From an uncultured Bacteroidota bacterium (GTDB lineage Bacteria; Bacteroidota; Ignavibacteria; UBA10030; UBA6906), in contig CAVOYH010000003.1 of assembly GCA_963700635.1 (NCBI GenBank), positions 736,001-800,000 on the forward strand: a stretch of DNA of 64,000 bases. Direction: 5' to 3'. Positions 1-9,636 of the stretch are shown here, one piece after another. The notes under the pieces are model-generated. The model did no database searches. It was not told the DNA's origin and was given only the letters and a program-made list of their open reading frames with translations. The first letter of the stretch is position 1. Every line of letters starts with the position of its first letter. The position numbers and the translations under genes are program-made.

Positions 1-1884
1 GTCCGGTTTTCCTTCGATGTACATGCTATACGAGGTTCCGATTTCCAGAGTGTTCAGCGCCTTCCATTCACACTCGCTCCCGAGCCAGACATAGAACGCC
101 AGATAATCACGCACAAAGTTATACGTCCGTGTATACCCGCCATAGATGTTGCCGTTCCATCGCGGTGAAATATTGAACCATGTGCTGAGACTGAACTCGT
201 ACGCTGTATATTTCTTGCCGGCATCTTTGTTTTCGCCTGCGGTGATTGTCGTTTCCAGTCCCCAGTCACTCCGGAACTGAATATTCAGACCCAGCACCCC
301 TCCCCAGTCGGTGTGCAGATCAGCGTCTTCGTACGTTACAAAAAAACCGCTGTATTGGAACATTGACCGTATGGCGCCGGCGTCAAAGTACCACATTGGC
401 CCCCCGATAGCGGTCAGATTTGCCGTCCCGCGCCATGGTACAAAGCCCACCTCATCCACATCAAACTGATTTCCGATGATGCGCGAACGCACAAGCAGCC
501 CGAAGTCATTGGTGAACATCCTGAACCCGGCGGATCCTCCAAAATCTCCCTTACCGTTGTTGATCGACCGCGCGAATTGATATGCGAGCTGATACGAAGG
601 ACTCCGGAATGCGCCGTCGATGTCGATCACGCCATCCAGCCGGCCCGGTGTGTGTTTTCCCACGAAGAGTATGCCGATGGAGGAGTTCTCCAGAATTTGT
701 TTTTTCACGCGGGCTGATGTGAACAGGGCTGATGGTTCATGACGTGATTCACCGTCAACAGCATAGTCGATGCCACCCGTACGCGCAATAAACCCTCCAT
801 ACTCCCAGGAATCGAGGCGACCAAAGGTTTTTGCTCCGAGATTGAGGGGAACAAAAGCCCCACCACCCAATGAGCGGCCGATTCGCCGTGAATAGAAGAG
901 TTCAAGCGGGCGGTAGAACCCCGAGGACCGCTCCCGACCGGAGGCCATAAAGATTTCATTGCCCGCCGTGAAAAATGGACGCTGTTCTGAAAAGTACGTC
1001 TCATAGCGTGAGATGTTGAATTCAAACGGATCCGCTTCGATCTGTGCAAAATCCGGATTCCCGGTTAATTGAAACGTCAGCTTCTCGGAGGGGTTATAAA
1101 AGACGTCGATTCCGGCATCGGGTTTTACTTTGTACGTGTTTCCTCCGATAAGGTCGGCTTTCGCCAGAGCAACAGGATACACTTCAAGATTAAGCCCCTT
1201 GACGACCGGACGTGTGCCGTTGAGAATCAGGCGCCCGAATCGGGAAATCCGTTGTGATTCCGACTGTTCGTATTTGCACCAGTACAAGTCTTCTCTCGTG
1301 GAGGCGATCCAACGGTCGATGTCCAGCCCCCACTCGGTCAGCTCACCGTCATACCTGATGGACTTAAACGGAATTTCCATTTCGACAATGTATCCCCACG
1401 GATGCACACGGGAACGTGCAAACCATACCCCATCCCAGCTGTAGTCACGATTCCGCCCATCATCAATAAGACGTGCGTCTGAGTGTACGCCGGATGCGGA
1501 AACGGCGAATTTGTATGCGGTCCGGTCATCGTTAAAGGTATCGATCATCACTGACACGCCGTCGCCGCTCCACTGATCGTGCACGCCTGCGATATTCTGA
1601 ATGACCGAATGGGTATGATAGCAGACGATCAGCGCGTACAGGGCCCGTTCTGTGGCAAGAAGCCGGGCCACTGTCCGTTCCGAAGGAGGGTTGCCATAGA
1701 ACGGTGTCAGTTGTTCAAAGTCCGCGATGGAATCGGCCTCACTCCATACCGGATCAATTTCACCGTCAATGAGCGGAGCCCGGGACGCTGCGCGAAGCAC
1801 TATGGACTTGTCTGTCTGTGCCTCAAGAGAAAGTGTCAGAACAACGCAGGCGGTGAGGATTCCGAAAACGATGCGTGAACCCAT
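1..1884 (-). CDS. DUF5916 / carbohydrate-binding family 9-like domain exported protein (partial, runs off the window)
   Basis: Absent from the ORF track because there is no stop in the window. Manual translation from ATG 1884 is open to base 1: signal peptide MGSRIVFGILTACVVLTLSLEA, then APLIDGEID, DTFND, EMEIPFKSIRY, NPDFAQIEAD, EQRPFF, LFYSRRIG, which are typical DUF5916 motifs. Confidence 0.85.
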   Translation of the reverse strand, partial: MGSRIVFGILTACVVLTLSLEAQTDKSIVLRAASRAPLIDGEIDPVWSEADSIADFEQLTPFYGNPPSERTVARLLATERALYALIVCYHTHSVIQNIAGVHDQWSGDGVSVMIDTFNDDRTAYKFAVSASGVHSDARLIDDGRNRDYSWDGVWFARSRVHPWGYIVEMEIPFKSIRYDGELTEWGLDIDRWIASTREDLYWCKYEQSESQRISRFGRLILNGTRPVVKGLNLEVYPVALAKADLIGGNTYKVKPDAGIDVFYNPSEKLTFQLTGNPDFAQIEADPFEFNISRYETYFSEQRPFFTAGNEIFMASGRERSSGFYRPLELFYSRRIGRSLGGGAFVPLNLGAKTFGRLDSWEYGGFIARTGGIDYAVDGESRHEPSALFTSARVKKQILENSSIGILFVGKHTPGRLDGVIDIDGAFRSPSYQLAYQFARSINNGKGDFGGSAGFRMFTNDFGLLVRSRIIGNQFDVDEVGFVPWRGTANLTAIGGPMWYFDAGAIRSMFQYSGFFVTYEDADLHTDWGGVLGLNIQFRSDWGLETTITAGENKDAGKKYTAYEFSLSTWFNISPRWNGNIYGGYTRTYNFVRDYLAFYVWLGSECEWKALNTLEIGTSYSMYIEGKPD

Positions 1885-2043
1885 GGGCAGATCCGGCTGT
1901 GATTTTGCGTGGACGGGGACACCCCTCTCCGGTAAACGAGGTTCAACAGAAAAAGTTACGGAAAAACGTAGCACGCCCGGACGATTCCGACGAATGATGT
2001 TCATCGTTGAGAAAGAAGTTCTCCCCGGCCGTTTCCGGATGCG

Positions 2044-2072
2044 TTGCATCTGGGCGAGAATCTGTCTACCTT
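2044..2072 (+). promoter_or_regulatory. Putative sigma70 promoter for the AGCS-SDR-amrS-GT39 run
   Basis: TTGCAT-17 nt-TACCTT, about 50 nt upstream of ATG 2121. Confidence 0.5.
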
Positions 2073-2120
2073 CGACGAAGAATCTATCATCCGCCGCCCA
2101 ACTCACCACCCGGATCAGCT

Positions 2121-3497
2121 ATGCCGTCCGTCGAACTCTTCCTCCAGTCCTTGAGCGACCTTATCTGGGGGTATCCGTTGCTCATCCTGTTGTTCGGAAC
2201 TCATCTCTTCCTCACATTCAGATTACGGTTTATCCAGCGTTATATCGGCCTGGCGATCCGCATCTCATTACGCCGATCCTCGGAGGGTGTGGGTGATGTG
2301 AGCCAGTTCGGCGCCTTAACAACGGCTCTCGCCTCCACCATCGGGACCGGCAACATCGTCGGCGTTGCAATGGCGGTTGCGGCAGGTGGGCCGGGAGCGG
2401 TGCTCTGGATGTGGCTGACCGGGGTTTTTGGTATCTCAACAAAATACGCCGAGGCCCTTCTTGCGGTGAAGTACCGTGTCACAACACCCTCAGGCATGAT
2501 GGCCGGCGGGCCCATGTATGTGCTCGAACGGGGTATGAAACTAAAATGGCTCGGTGTAGTCTTCGCGCTATTGACGGCAGTCGCCGCGTTCGGCATCGGT
2601 AACATGGTTCAGGCAAATTCGATTTCTTCCATGGTCCAGCATACATTCGACCTTTCGCCATGGCTGACCGGAACCGTGATGACGGTCCTGACCGCGGTCG
2701 TTATCATCGGGGGGATCAAATCCATTGCCCGTGTCTGCGAGACACTTGTCCCGTTTATGGCCTTTTTTTATGTGCTCGGTTGTCTGATCCTGCTCGTCAT
2801 GCATATAGAAACGGTGCCGGACACAATTCTGTTGATCTTTCACTCTGCATTTTCCGGGCACGCCGCACTCGGGGGTTTTCTCGGCGCCGGAATGAGAGAA
2901 GCCATGCGGTATGGCATTTCGCGCGGGTTGTTTTCCAACGAATCCGGCCTCGGCAGCGCACCCATCGTCGCAGCCGCAGCGCAGACGAAGAATCCAGTGC
3001 GCCAGGCCCTGGTCTCATCCAGCGGCACCTTCTGGGACACCGTGGTCGTGTGCGCCATGACCGGTATCGTCGTTGTAAATTCGGGAGAGTGGCTCACCGG
3101 GCTAAAAGGTGCCGAACTTACGCACGCCGCTTTTTCCGATTTCCCTGTTGTCGGACCCATCGTGCTGACAGTCGGACTGCTGACCTTCGTGTTCTCCACA
3201 ATTCTCGGTTGGTCCTACTACGGGGAAAAAGCCGCCGAGTATCTTTTCGGCTCTCGTATAGTAAAACCCTATCGCTGGCTCTGGGTCATTGCCGTCATGC
3301 TGGGCTCGGTGCTTTCTTTGCCGGTCGTCTGGACATTCGCTGATATCGCCAACGGACTCATGGCGGTGCCGAACCTTATTGCCCTCCTTGCTCTCAGCGG
3401 AATACTGGTTTCTGAAACGCGCACCTACCTGTGGAGCGGAAACATCGATGCCGACATGGCCGAGAGCGATACCGGAACAAAAAGGAGCGGTCAATGA
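2121..3497 (+). CDS. Sodium:alanine/glycine symporter (AGCS family)
   Basis: Motifs ALASTIGTGNIVGV, GGPGAVLWMW, GGPMY, RGLFSNESGLGSAP, FSTILGW; many TM helices. Start moved to ATG 2121. Confidence 0.92.
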   Translation: MPSVELFLQSLSDLIWGYPLLILLFGTHLFLTFRLRFIQRYIGLAIRISLRRSSEGVGDVSQFGALTTALASTIGTGNIVGVAMAVAAGGPGAVLWMWLTGVFGISTKYAEALLAVKYRVTTPSGMMAGGPMYVLERGMKLKWLGVVFALLTAVAAFGIGNMVQANSISSMVQHTFDLSPWLTGTVMTVLTAVVIIGGIKSIARVCETLVPFMAFFYVLGCLILLVMHIETVPDTILLIFHSAFSGHAALGGFLGAGMREAMRYGISRGLFSNESGLGSAPIVAAAAQTKNPVRQALVSSSGTFWDTVVVCAMTGIVVVNSGEWLTGLKGAELTHAAFSDFPVVGPIVLTVGLLTFVFSTILGWSYYGEKAAEYLFGSRIVKPYRWLWVIAVMLGSVLSLPVVWTFADIANGLMAVPNLIALLALSGILVSETRTYLWSGNIDADMAESDTGTKRSGQ

Positions 3498-4249
3498 TGA
3501 ACGGCAGTGTTGTGCTGATCACGGGTGCTTCACGCGGAATCGGTAAAGCGGCCGCTCTGATGTTTGCGCAGGCCGGAGCACGGGTGGCGGTACACTATCA
3601 CCGCAATACCAAAAGCGCAGAAGAGACTCTTGCCTCCCTCCCGGGAAACGGACATGTGCTGTTTCAGGCGGACCTCGGGAAGACTTCCGACGCCAGACGG
3701 CTCGTCGAGAATGTGCTCTCTCAAATGCATCGGATTGACATTCTGGTGAACAACGCCGGATTATGGATCGATCACCCGCCAGCAAGTACGTCTTTTGATG
3801 ATTGGGTCGCCGCATGGAACACCACAATCGCCACAAACCTCCTGGGGGCGGCCCACGTCGCACATGGAGCGTCCGGAGCGATGATCCGTCAGGGTGGCGG
3901 ACGGATTATCAACATTACTTCCCGGGGTGCGTTCCGGGGCGAACCGGACGGTCCCGCCTATGCCGCAAGCAAGGCAGGGCTGAACGCCATGAGTCAATCA
4001 CTGGCAAAAGCACTGGCCCCGCACAACATCTATGTGTTCGCCATTGCACCCGGCTGGGTTGACACGGACATGGCCGCCGCACAGCTTAGCGGACCCGGGG
4101 GGGATGAGGTCCGTGCACAGAGTCCGATGGGCCGAGTTGCCAGGCCGGATGAAATCGCGAGGACGATACTGTATCTTGCTTCAGAAGGCACAGATGCCCT
4201 GACAGGATGCATCATCGATGTCAACTGCGCTTCGTATCTTCGCACCTGA
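3494..4249 (+). CDS. Classical short-chain dehydrogenase/reductase (FabG-like)
   Basis: TGASRGIG, NNAG and YAASK motifs; SD AAGGAG; ATGA overlap with the upstream stop. Confidence 0.9.
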   Translation: MMNGSVVLITGASRGIGKAAALMFAQAGARVAVHYHRNTKSAEETLASLPGNGHVLFQADLGKTSDARRLVENVLSQMHRIDILVNNAGLWIDHPPASTSFDDWVAAWNTTIATNLLGAAHVAHGASGAMIRQGGGRIINITSRGAFRGEPDGPAYAASKAGLNAMSQSLAKALAPHNIYVFAIAPGWVDTDMAAAQLSGPGGDEVRAQSPMGRVARPDEIARTILYLASEGTDALTGCIIDVNCASYLRT

Positions 4250-4278
4250 CAGGGTGGGTATGGAAGGAGGAGTGTACG

Positions 4279-5361
4279 ATGTCTGCCGGTGAGAGTGTCT
4301 CGTTACGTGGAACGTTGACGCGCCTGTCACGTCCGGGTGAACTCTACGTTGACGCCGGCAAGAAGTGGGTCATCTGTGTGGCATGCGGACACCGGTGCCG
4401 AATTGCACCCGATCGCGAAGGGATCTGCAAGGTCCGGTATAATGACAATGGCACGCTGATGGTGCCGTACGGATATGTTGCGGGCCTTCAGATTGACCCC
4501 ATCGAAAAAAAACCCTTTTTTCATGCCATGCCAGGCGCCAGCGCGCTCAGTTTTGGCATGCTCGGATGTGATTATCATTGCGGATACTGTCAGAATTGGT
4601 ATACCTCGCAGGCACTCCGTGACCCGGCAGCAGGGACCATGCCGGAGGAGATGTCTCCTGAACATATCGTTGCTCTCGCCGTCCAGCACCGGGTCCCGAT
4701 CATCACCAGCACCTACAATGAACCCCTGATTACCTCCGAATGGGCAGTTGCCGTGTTCCGACTGGCGAAACAGCACGGCATCCTGTGCTCCTACGTCTCA
4801 AACGGAAATGGCACACCCGAGGTTCTTGCATACCTGAAACCACACATCGACCTTTTTAAGGTAGATCTCAAAAGCTTTCGCCAGAAGAACTACCAGCAGC
4901 TGGGCGGCAGGCTGGAAGACGTCCTGAACACGATCACACAACTCAAAGAACTGGGTGTCTGGCTCGAGGTAGTCACACTCGTGGTGCCGGGGTTTAACGA
5001 TTCGCCGGAGGAAATGAGAGAGATTGCCGGATTTCTGGTTTCGGTTTCCCCGGACATACCCTGGCATGTCACAGCCTTTCATGAAGACTATAAAATGCTG
5101 GAACCTCCCCGGACAACGGCTGCCGGATTGTTACAGGCCACAGAGATCGGATATGACTGCGGACTCCACTTCGTGTATGCCGGAAACCTGCCGGGCAGAA
5201 CCCGGAGTCTCGAGGATACACGATGCCCCGGCTGCGGAACGACGCTCATTGAACGAACGGGATTTACCGTGAAGTCCAACTGCTTGCAGAATGGGCGTTG
5301 CCCGAAATGTGAACGATCCATCCCGGGGGTGTGGCAGGATGGACAATCCCACGGCAGATGA
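4279..5361 (+). CDS. amrS: AmmeMemoRadiSam system radical SAM enzyme
   Basis: N-terminal CxxCxHxC, DPIEKKP, CDYHCGYCQN (CxxxCxxC), TYNEP, C-terminal CPGC/CPKC; SD AAGGAGG before ATG 4279. Confidence 0.88.
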   Translation: MSAGESVSLRGTLTRLSRPGELYVDAGKKWVICVACGHRCRIAPDREGICKVRYNDNGTLMVPYGYVAGLQIDPIEKKPFFHAMPGASALSFGMLGCDYHCGYCQNWYTSQALRDPAAGTMPEEMSPEHIVALAVQHRVPIITSTYNEPLITSEWAVAVFRLAKQHGILCSYVSNGNGTPEVLAYLKPHIDLFKVDLKSFRQKNYQQLGGRLEDVLNTITQLKELGVWLEVVTLVVPGFNDSPEEMREIAGFLVSVSPDIPWHVTAFHEDYKMLEPPRTTAAGLLQATEIGYDCGLHFVYAGNLPGRTRSLEDTRCPGCGTTLIERTGFTVKSNCLQNGRCPKCERSIPGVWQDGQSHGR

Positions 5362-6614
5362 TGATGTCCCGCGGATATTCTCACCTGTTTCACTTTCTCC
5401 CCATCGTGCTTGCCGTTCTGGCACTACTGTGTTCCCTCTGTTTTTCGTTCCTCATCCTGCCGTATCTATCCGGCCCTCTTGCCGTTACCATCGATCCGGA
5501 CAAACTGGGCGAGCTGGGTCGTAATCTGTCCGAGGGAAGGGGGTATTCGTACGGGGCGGGGAGCTCTGTTGTCCCTGCCTTTGACCGGGCTCCTGTCTAT
5601 CCGCTTCTTGTCATGATCCTCACCTGGATCACCGGCGGGAATCCGCTTTCTCTTCTGCAGATTTTTCAGGGAGTATTTCACGGACTGACAGGTCTTCTGC
5701 TCTTCAAGATCGGCATGGAGGTGTGGAATCGACGGACAGCCCTTCTGGCGCAGGCCATCCATGGTGTTCATCCGATCATGATCTGGTACACTGCGCGTAT
5801 ATGGATTGAAACCACAAACACGTTGCTTATCACCGCGCTCGTCTTCACGCTGCTGTTACTCTGGAAGCGAGAAACAAAGACAACGCTGATCGTTGCCATT
5901 GCCCTCTTTGCTCTGACCGTACTGACGAAATCAGTTATTCTGTTCTTACCCGTTGTGATCTTCATCTTTGCGCTTCTGCGGAAACAGTGGACGTATGCAC
6001 GTTCTCTTGTACTGGTCTTCCTGATCGGACTCCTTCTCATCGCTCCCTGGACGATGCGCAACTATCTGCTGAGCGGACGGTGGGTTCTGGTACACACATC
6101 ACTGGGATTAAATCTGGTTCAGGGAGAGGCGATCGGCGAGCATTGGCCGCAAACGCCGTTCTCGACGCTTGCCTTCTGGGAAAAAGGGCGGGAGCATACA
6201 GAGCGGTTGCTCGCCCCCACCGGACTGCGCCCGGAATCACCCGGGGGTGACATCTTCCTGACCGCTGCCGTCCTTCAGCGCTGGAGAACAGACCCGGGGA
6301 CGCTGGTCCGGCATATTGCCACAAACGCCATCACATTCTGGTATCTCTCGGAATCGCCTTTGAAGTCCGGCGTGGTCATCGTGATGCAATGTCCGCTCCT
6401 TATACTCGCTCTATGGGGAATGCGTATGACGCGGAGCCGGGGATTTTCCACACACGTCCTTCTGGTGACTCTGATCGCCTACTGGATCGTCCATGCAATG
6501 ATCGTCGGCTGGCTCCGGTACAGTGTGCCGGCATTGCCGCTGATGATTCTTTTCGCTGCAGCAGCGGTGGAAAGGTTCGTCGCCCTCCTATGGTTCCCGC
6601 CGCCTTCTGACTAG
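5358..6614 (+). CDS. GT39/ArnT-like (GT-C fold) polytopic membrane glycosyltransferase
   Basis: R-x-P-x-YP (RAPVYP), PWTMRNY and C-terminal RY motifs; about 10 TM segments; ATGA overlap with amrS. Confidence 0.7.
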   Translation: MMMSRGYSHLFHFLPIVLAVLALLCSLCFSFLILPYLSGPLAVTIDPDKLGELGRNLSEGRGYSYGAGSSVVPAFDRAPVYPLLVMILTWITGGNPLSLLQIFQGVFHGLTGLLLFKIGMEVWNRRTALLAQAIHGVHPIMIWYTARIWIETTNTLLITALVFTLLLLWKRETKTTLIVAIALFALTVLTKSVILFLPVVIFIFALLRKQWTYARSLVLVFLIGLLLIAPWTMRNYLLSGRWVLVHTSLGLNLVQGEAIGEHWPQTPFSTLAFWEKGREHTERLLAPTGLRPESPGGDIFLTAAVLQRWRTDPGTLVRHIATNAITFWYLSESPLKSGVVIVMQCPLLILALWGMRMTRSRGFSTHVLLVTLIAYWIVHAMIVGWLRYSVPALPLMILFAAAAVERFVALLWFPPPSD

Positions 6615-6691
6615 CTCCTCAGCACACTCCAGACTGTCAGAGACTCCGGGGTTGGGCGCAGGGTGGCAGGATCTCCTGCGGTTGGGGAGGG

Positions 6692-7882
6692 TTATGCCGG
6701 GGTTATCCGATTTCTGCCGCCGTACAGGAGTAATCCGGCTGCCGCCACTGCCGCAAATACCGCACCTGCAGAAAATGTGGCTGAAGCCCCGAATGCGCTC
6801 CAGAGAGCGCCTGCGATCACGCTCGCCAGCAACAAGCCGACTCCGCTTACAAGGTTAAAAATGCCGAAGGCCGTACCACGGAGCCTTACCGGAGTGTTAT
6901 CAGCGACAAGTTTCGAAAACAATCCCTGCGTCAACCCCAGATGGACGCCCCAGAAGGCCGCACCCAGGAGCACCATCAATGGTGATGTTGCCTGTGCCAG
7001 CACCCAATCGGCGGCGATCAGAACTGTGAGTCCGCCAATGAGCAGCGTCCGTGGCTTGATCCGATCGCTGAGTGCTCCCGCAGGATATGCGGTCGCCGCA
7101 TAGAGCACATTCATCACAATAAACACAACGGGAACGTACCCCATGGACAATCCAACATCGTGCGCGCGGAGGATCATGAATGCCTCGCTGAAACGGGCCA
7201 GCGTAAAGATCCCTCCGAGTGCCACGATCATCCAGTACCGGACAGGAAACTGTTTGATGTCGGTCAGAGACAACGGGAATCGTTTTACCGATTGGGGGCC
7301 GGCATCAACGGGCTCGTGAACCCCGACAACAAGCAGGGCAACGGCGATACACGCAGGAATGACTCCGAGCCAGAGGACCATCCGGATATCGTTTACGAAC
7401 CACATCATAAAAGCAACGGCAAGCAGGGGACCAAAGACCGCGCCGATGGAGTCCAGTGATTGCCGGAGCCCGTAAGCGGCGCCGCGCAGTTCCGGTGGCG
7501 TGATATCCGCAACAAGCGCGTCACGGGGTGCACCGCGGATCCCTTTTCCAATGCGGTCCACAAACCGCGCCACGAATACCCAGGTGATGGTTGTTGCCAG
7601 AGGGAAGATCGGTTTCGTCGCTGCCGCAAGTCCGTAGCCGAGCACAGCAAGCACTTTCCGCTTTCGCATGTAGTCGCTCAGCGTGCCCGAAAAGACTTTC
7701 GTGATTGCCGCAGAAGCTTCAGCAACACCCTCCACGATCCCGATCGTGGTCATCGACACTCCGAGCACTGTGCCCATAAAGACGGGCAACAGGCTATGGA
7801 TGAGCTCGGACGAGGTGTCCATGAACATGGAAACAAGGCCGAGGGCCCAAATGGAGCCGGGCAGAGTGCGAACGTTCTTCAT
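6692..7882 (-). CDS. MFS transporter
   Basis: About 12 TM helices; GTLSDYMRKRK and GALSDRIKPR motif-A-like loops; RIGKGIRGAPRDAL. Start at 7882 or 7909. Confidence 0.88.
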   Translation of the reverse strand: MKNVRTLPGSIWALGLVSMFMDTSSELIHSLLPVFMGTVLGVSMTTIGIVEGVAEASAAITKVFSGTLSDYMRKRKVLAVLGYGLAAATKPIFPLATTITWVFVARFVDRIGKGIRGAPRDALVADITPPELRGAAYGLRQSLDSIGAVFGPLLAVAFMMWFVNDIRMVLWLGVIPACIAVALLVVGVHEPVDAGPQSVKRFPLSLTDIKQFPVRYWMIVALGGIFTLARFSEAFMILRAHDVGLSMGYVPVVFIVMNVLYAATAYPAGALSDRIKPRTLLIGGLTVLIAADWVLAQATSPLMVLLGAAFWGVHLGLTQGLFSKLVADNTPVRLRGTAFGIFNLVSGVGLLLASVIAGALWSAFGASATFSAGAVFAAVAAAGLLLYGGRNRITPA

Positions 7883-7943
7883 GTTCCGGTCTCGGTTCTC
7901 ACGATACATTTTTGTATCTTCTCACATCACACTCTGACGACCC

Positions 7944-8777
7944 ATGTCCCCGGCACTTTCGCTCATCATCGCAGTCTATAATAAGCCTTCCATCCTGGAA
8001 TGTGTTCTCGCGGCGTGTGCTCGCCAGTCATTCAAGGATTTTGAAGTGCTTGTGGCTGATGATGGTTCAGGGCCGGAAATTGCAGACGTCATTCGCACTG
8101 CCCGATCATATGCTCCTTTCCCCATCATCCACCTCTGGCATGAGGATCTGGGCTGGCGAAAGAACACGATGCTGAACAACGCCGTGCGCGCTGCCCGATC
8201 GGAATATCTGGTGTTTATCGACGGGGATTGTATCCCCTCCCGCCATTTCCTGAAGGACCACCACCACGAGCGAGAACAGGACCGGGTGCTTCTTGGCCGG
8301 CGCGTGGAAACAAGCCCACGGTGGTCTGCGTCGCTCACGTTAGAGACAATCCACTCGGGAAAATTTGAAACAATGGGATGGTCGGAGTGGGTGGACGGGA
8401 TACGGGGGAAATCTCTCCGTGTTGAAGATGGAATCCGCATCCCATTCCGGTTTCTGCGACGGATACTCCTGCGTAACGTGCGCGGAATGCTCGGATCCAA
8501 TTTTTCCGTCTGGAAACGGGATCTCATCGCTATCAACGGCTTCGATGAACTGTACAACGGGCCCGGTTGCGGGGAAGATTCCGATGTGCAGTTCCGACTC
8601 TCCCTCATTGGTGTGACCGGAAAATCGTTGCGTAATATGGCGGTTCAATATCACGTCCATCATCCCCTGACCGGCGTATCGGATGCTTGCTGGGACCGGT
8701 TTCAGGACGTGCAACAAAAAAGGGAGCCGCGATGCCACTTCGGGCTCGAACAGCTCCCCTCAGAAAATCTTTCCTGA
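7944..8777 (+). CDS. Glycosyltransferase family 2
   Basis: SLIIAVYN, ADDGS, FIDGD (DxD), GFDE and GEDSD motifs. Confidence 0.9.
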   Translation: MSPALSLIIAVYNKPSILECVLAACARQSFKDFEVLVADDGSGPEIADVIRTARSYAPFPIIHLWHEDLGWRKNTMLNNAVRAARSEYLVFIDGDCIPSRHFLKDHHHEREQDRVLLGRRVETSPRWSASLTLETIHSGKFETMGWSEWVDGIRGKSLRVEDGIRIPFRFLRRILLRNVRGMLGSNFSVWKRDLIAINGFDELYNGPGCGEDSDVQFRLSLIGVTGKSLRNMAVQYHVHHPLTGVSDACWDRFQDVQQKREPRCHFGLEQLPSENLS

Positions 8778-8835
8778 TATCGTCGCGCTGAAGTTCTGGC
8801 GCTCCGGCGGAAATCTCTCCGCCGCAGTCTTGTGT

Positions 8836-9597
8836 TTACCGTTCCCCCATCTTTTGCGGATCAACCTTCTTAAATCCCGCCGGAATCTCAAAATCCGAAC
8901 GTGAAGTTGCTGTCGGCTCGATCTTCGTGACCACGGTCTTTATTCCTGCCGTTACCGATTCCATAGGGAACCCGTCAATATTCTCCATCGCCGTTGCCAG
9001 ATCCCCTCCCATGGCGGGGTTCATAGACGTCATACGGTTGGAGAATGCCTTCAGGTCATTGCGCATGGCTTCAAAACCCCTGATATCCTTTGTGACCCAC
9101 ATGTCAGCGATTTCTTCCGTATCTCTCATGATCTTGTACCGGGTGCAGGCAAATCCGCCGACCTTTTTTGTTTCACCGCTCTTTTTTACAACAGCCTTGG
9201 GTCCTTTTTTCCCTGCGGATTTCCCGAGCATTTTCTCCATCATCTGACGTTGCTCCGCGGGCATGTCTTTCATCTGTTCGAGCGCCTGTTCCAATTGCGC
9301 GTTTGCCTGCTTCATCCCCTTCTCCATTTCGGCAAACGTCATCATGGAGTAGGTCTTGTTGTTCTGTTTCACCATGTACAACTTTTCCTGGTCCAGGCGG
9401 AGAATGACATATTCCGCTTCGCTGCCGGTCTGAATTTTCAGCATTTTCGGCATGTACCAGGTCTTCATCACTTCTGTTCTTTCCATCTTTTCGCTGGTGA
9501 CCTTGCTTTCCCAATACATGCCCTGTGTCCAGGCGCCGGCCACAGAAACTGCAAGAAGCAGGAGGATAACGGCCGTACATGTTCCGAAGTGTTTCAT
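8836..9597 (-). CDS. DUF4412-like exported protein
   Basis: Signal peptide; Met/Gln-rich helical insert; GETKKVGGFACTRY; ends in FEIPAGF. Confidence 0.7.
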   Translation of the reverse strand: MKHFGTCTAVILLLLAVSVAGAWTQGMYWESKVTSEKMERTEVMKTWYMPKMLKIQTGSEAEYVILRLDQEKLYMVKQNNKTYSMMTFAEMEKGMKQANAQLEQALEQMKDMPAEQRQMMEKMLGKSAGKKGPKAVVKKSGETKKVGGFACTRYKIMRDTEEIADMWVTKDIRGFEAMRNDLKAFSNRMTSMNPAMGGDLATAMENIDGFPMESVTAGIKTVVTKIEPTATSRSDFEIPAGFKKVDPQKMGER

Positions 9598-9636
9598 GAG
9601 AGAGGTTCTCCACTATAGTGTACGATATGTGTGCTG

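Noticed and set aside
54-1878. Many short ORFs suggesting a pseudogene or non-coding region
   Set aside because: One uninterrupted minus-strand frame (1884 to base 1) explains the region; the ORF track missed it because its stop lies outside the window.
1885-2120. Possible glycine riboswitch upstream of the AGCS transporter
   Set aside because: No GGAGA/CCGAAG/CTCTCAGG aptamer motifs, and the predicted leader is only about 40 nt.
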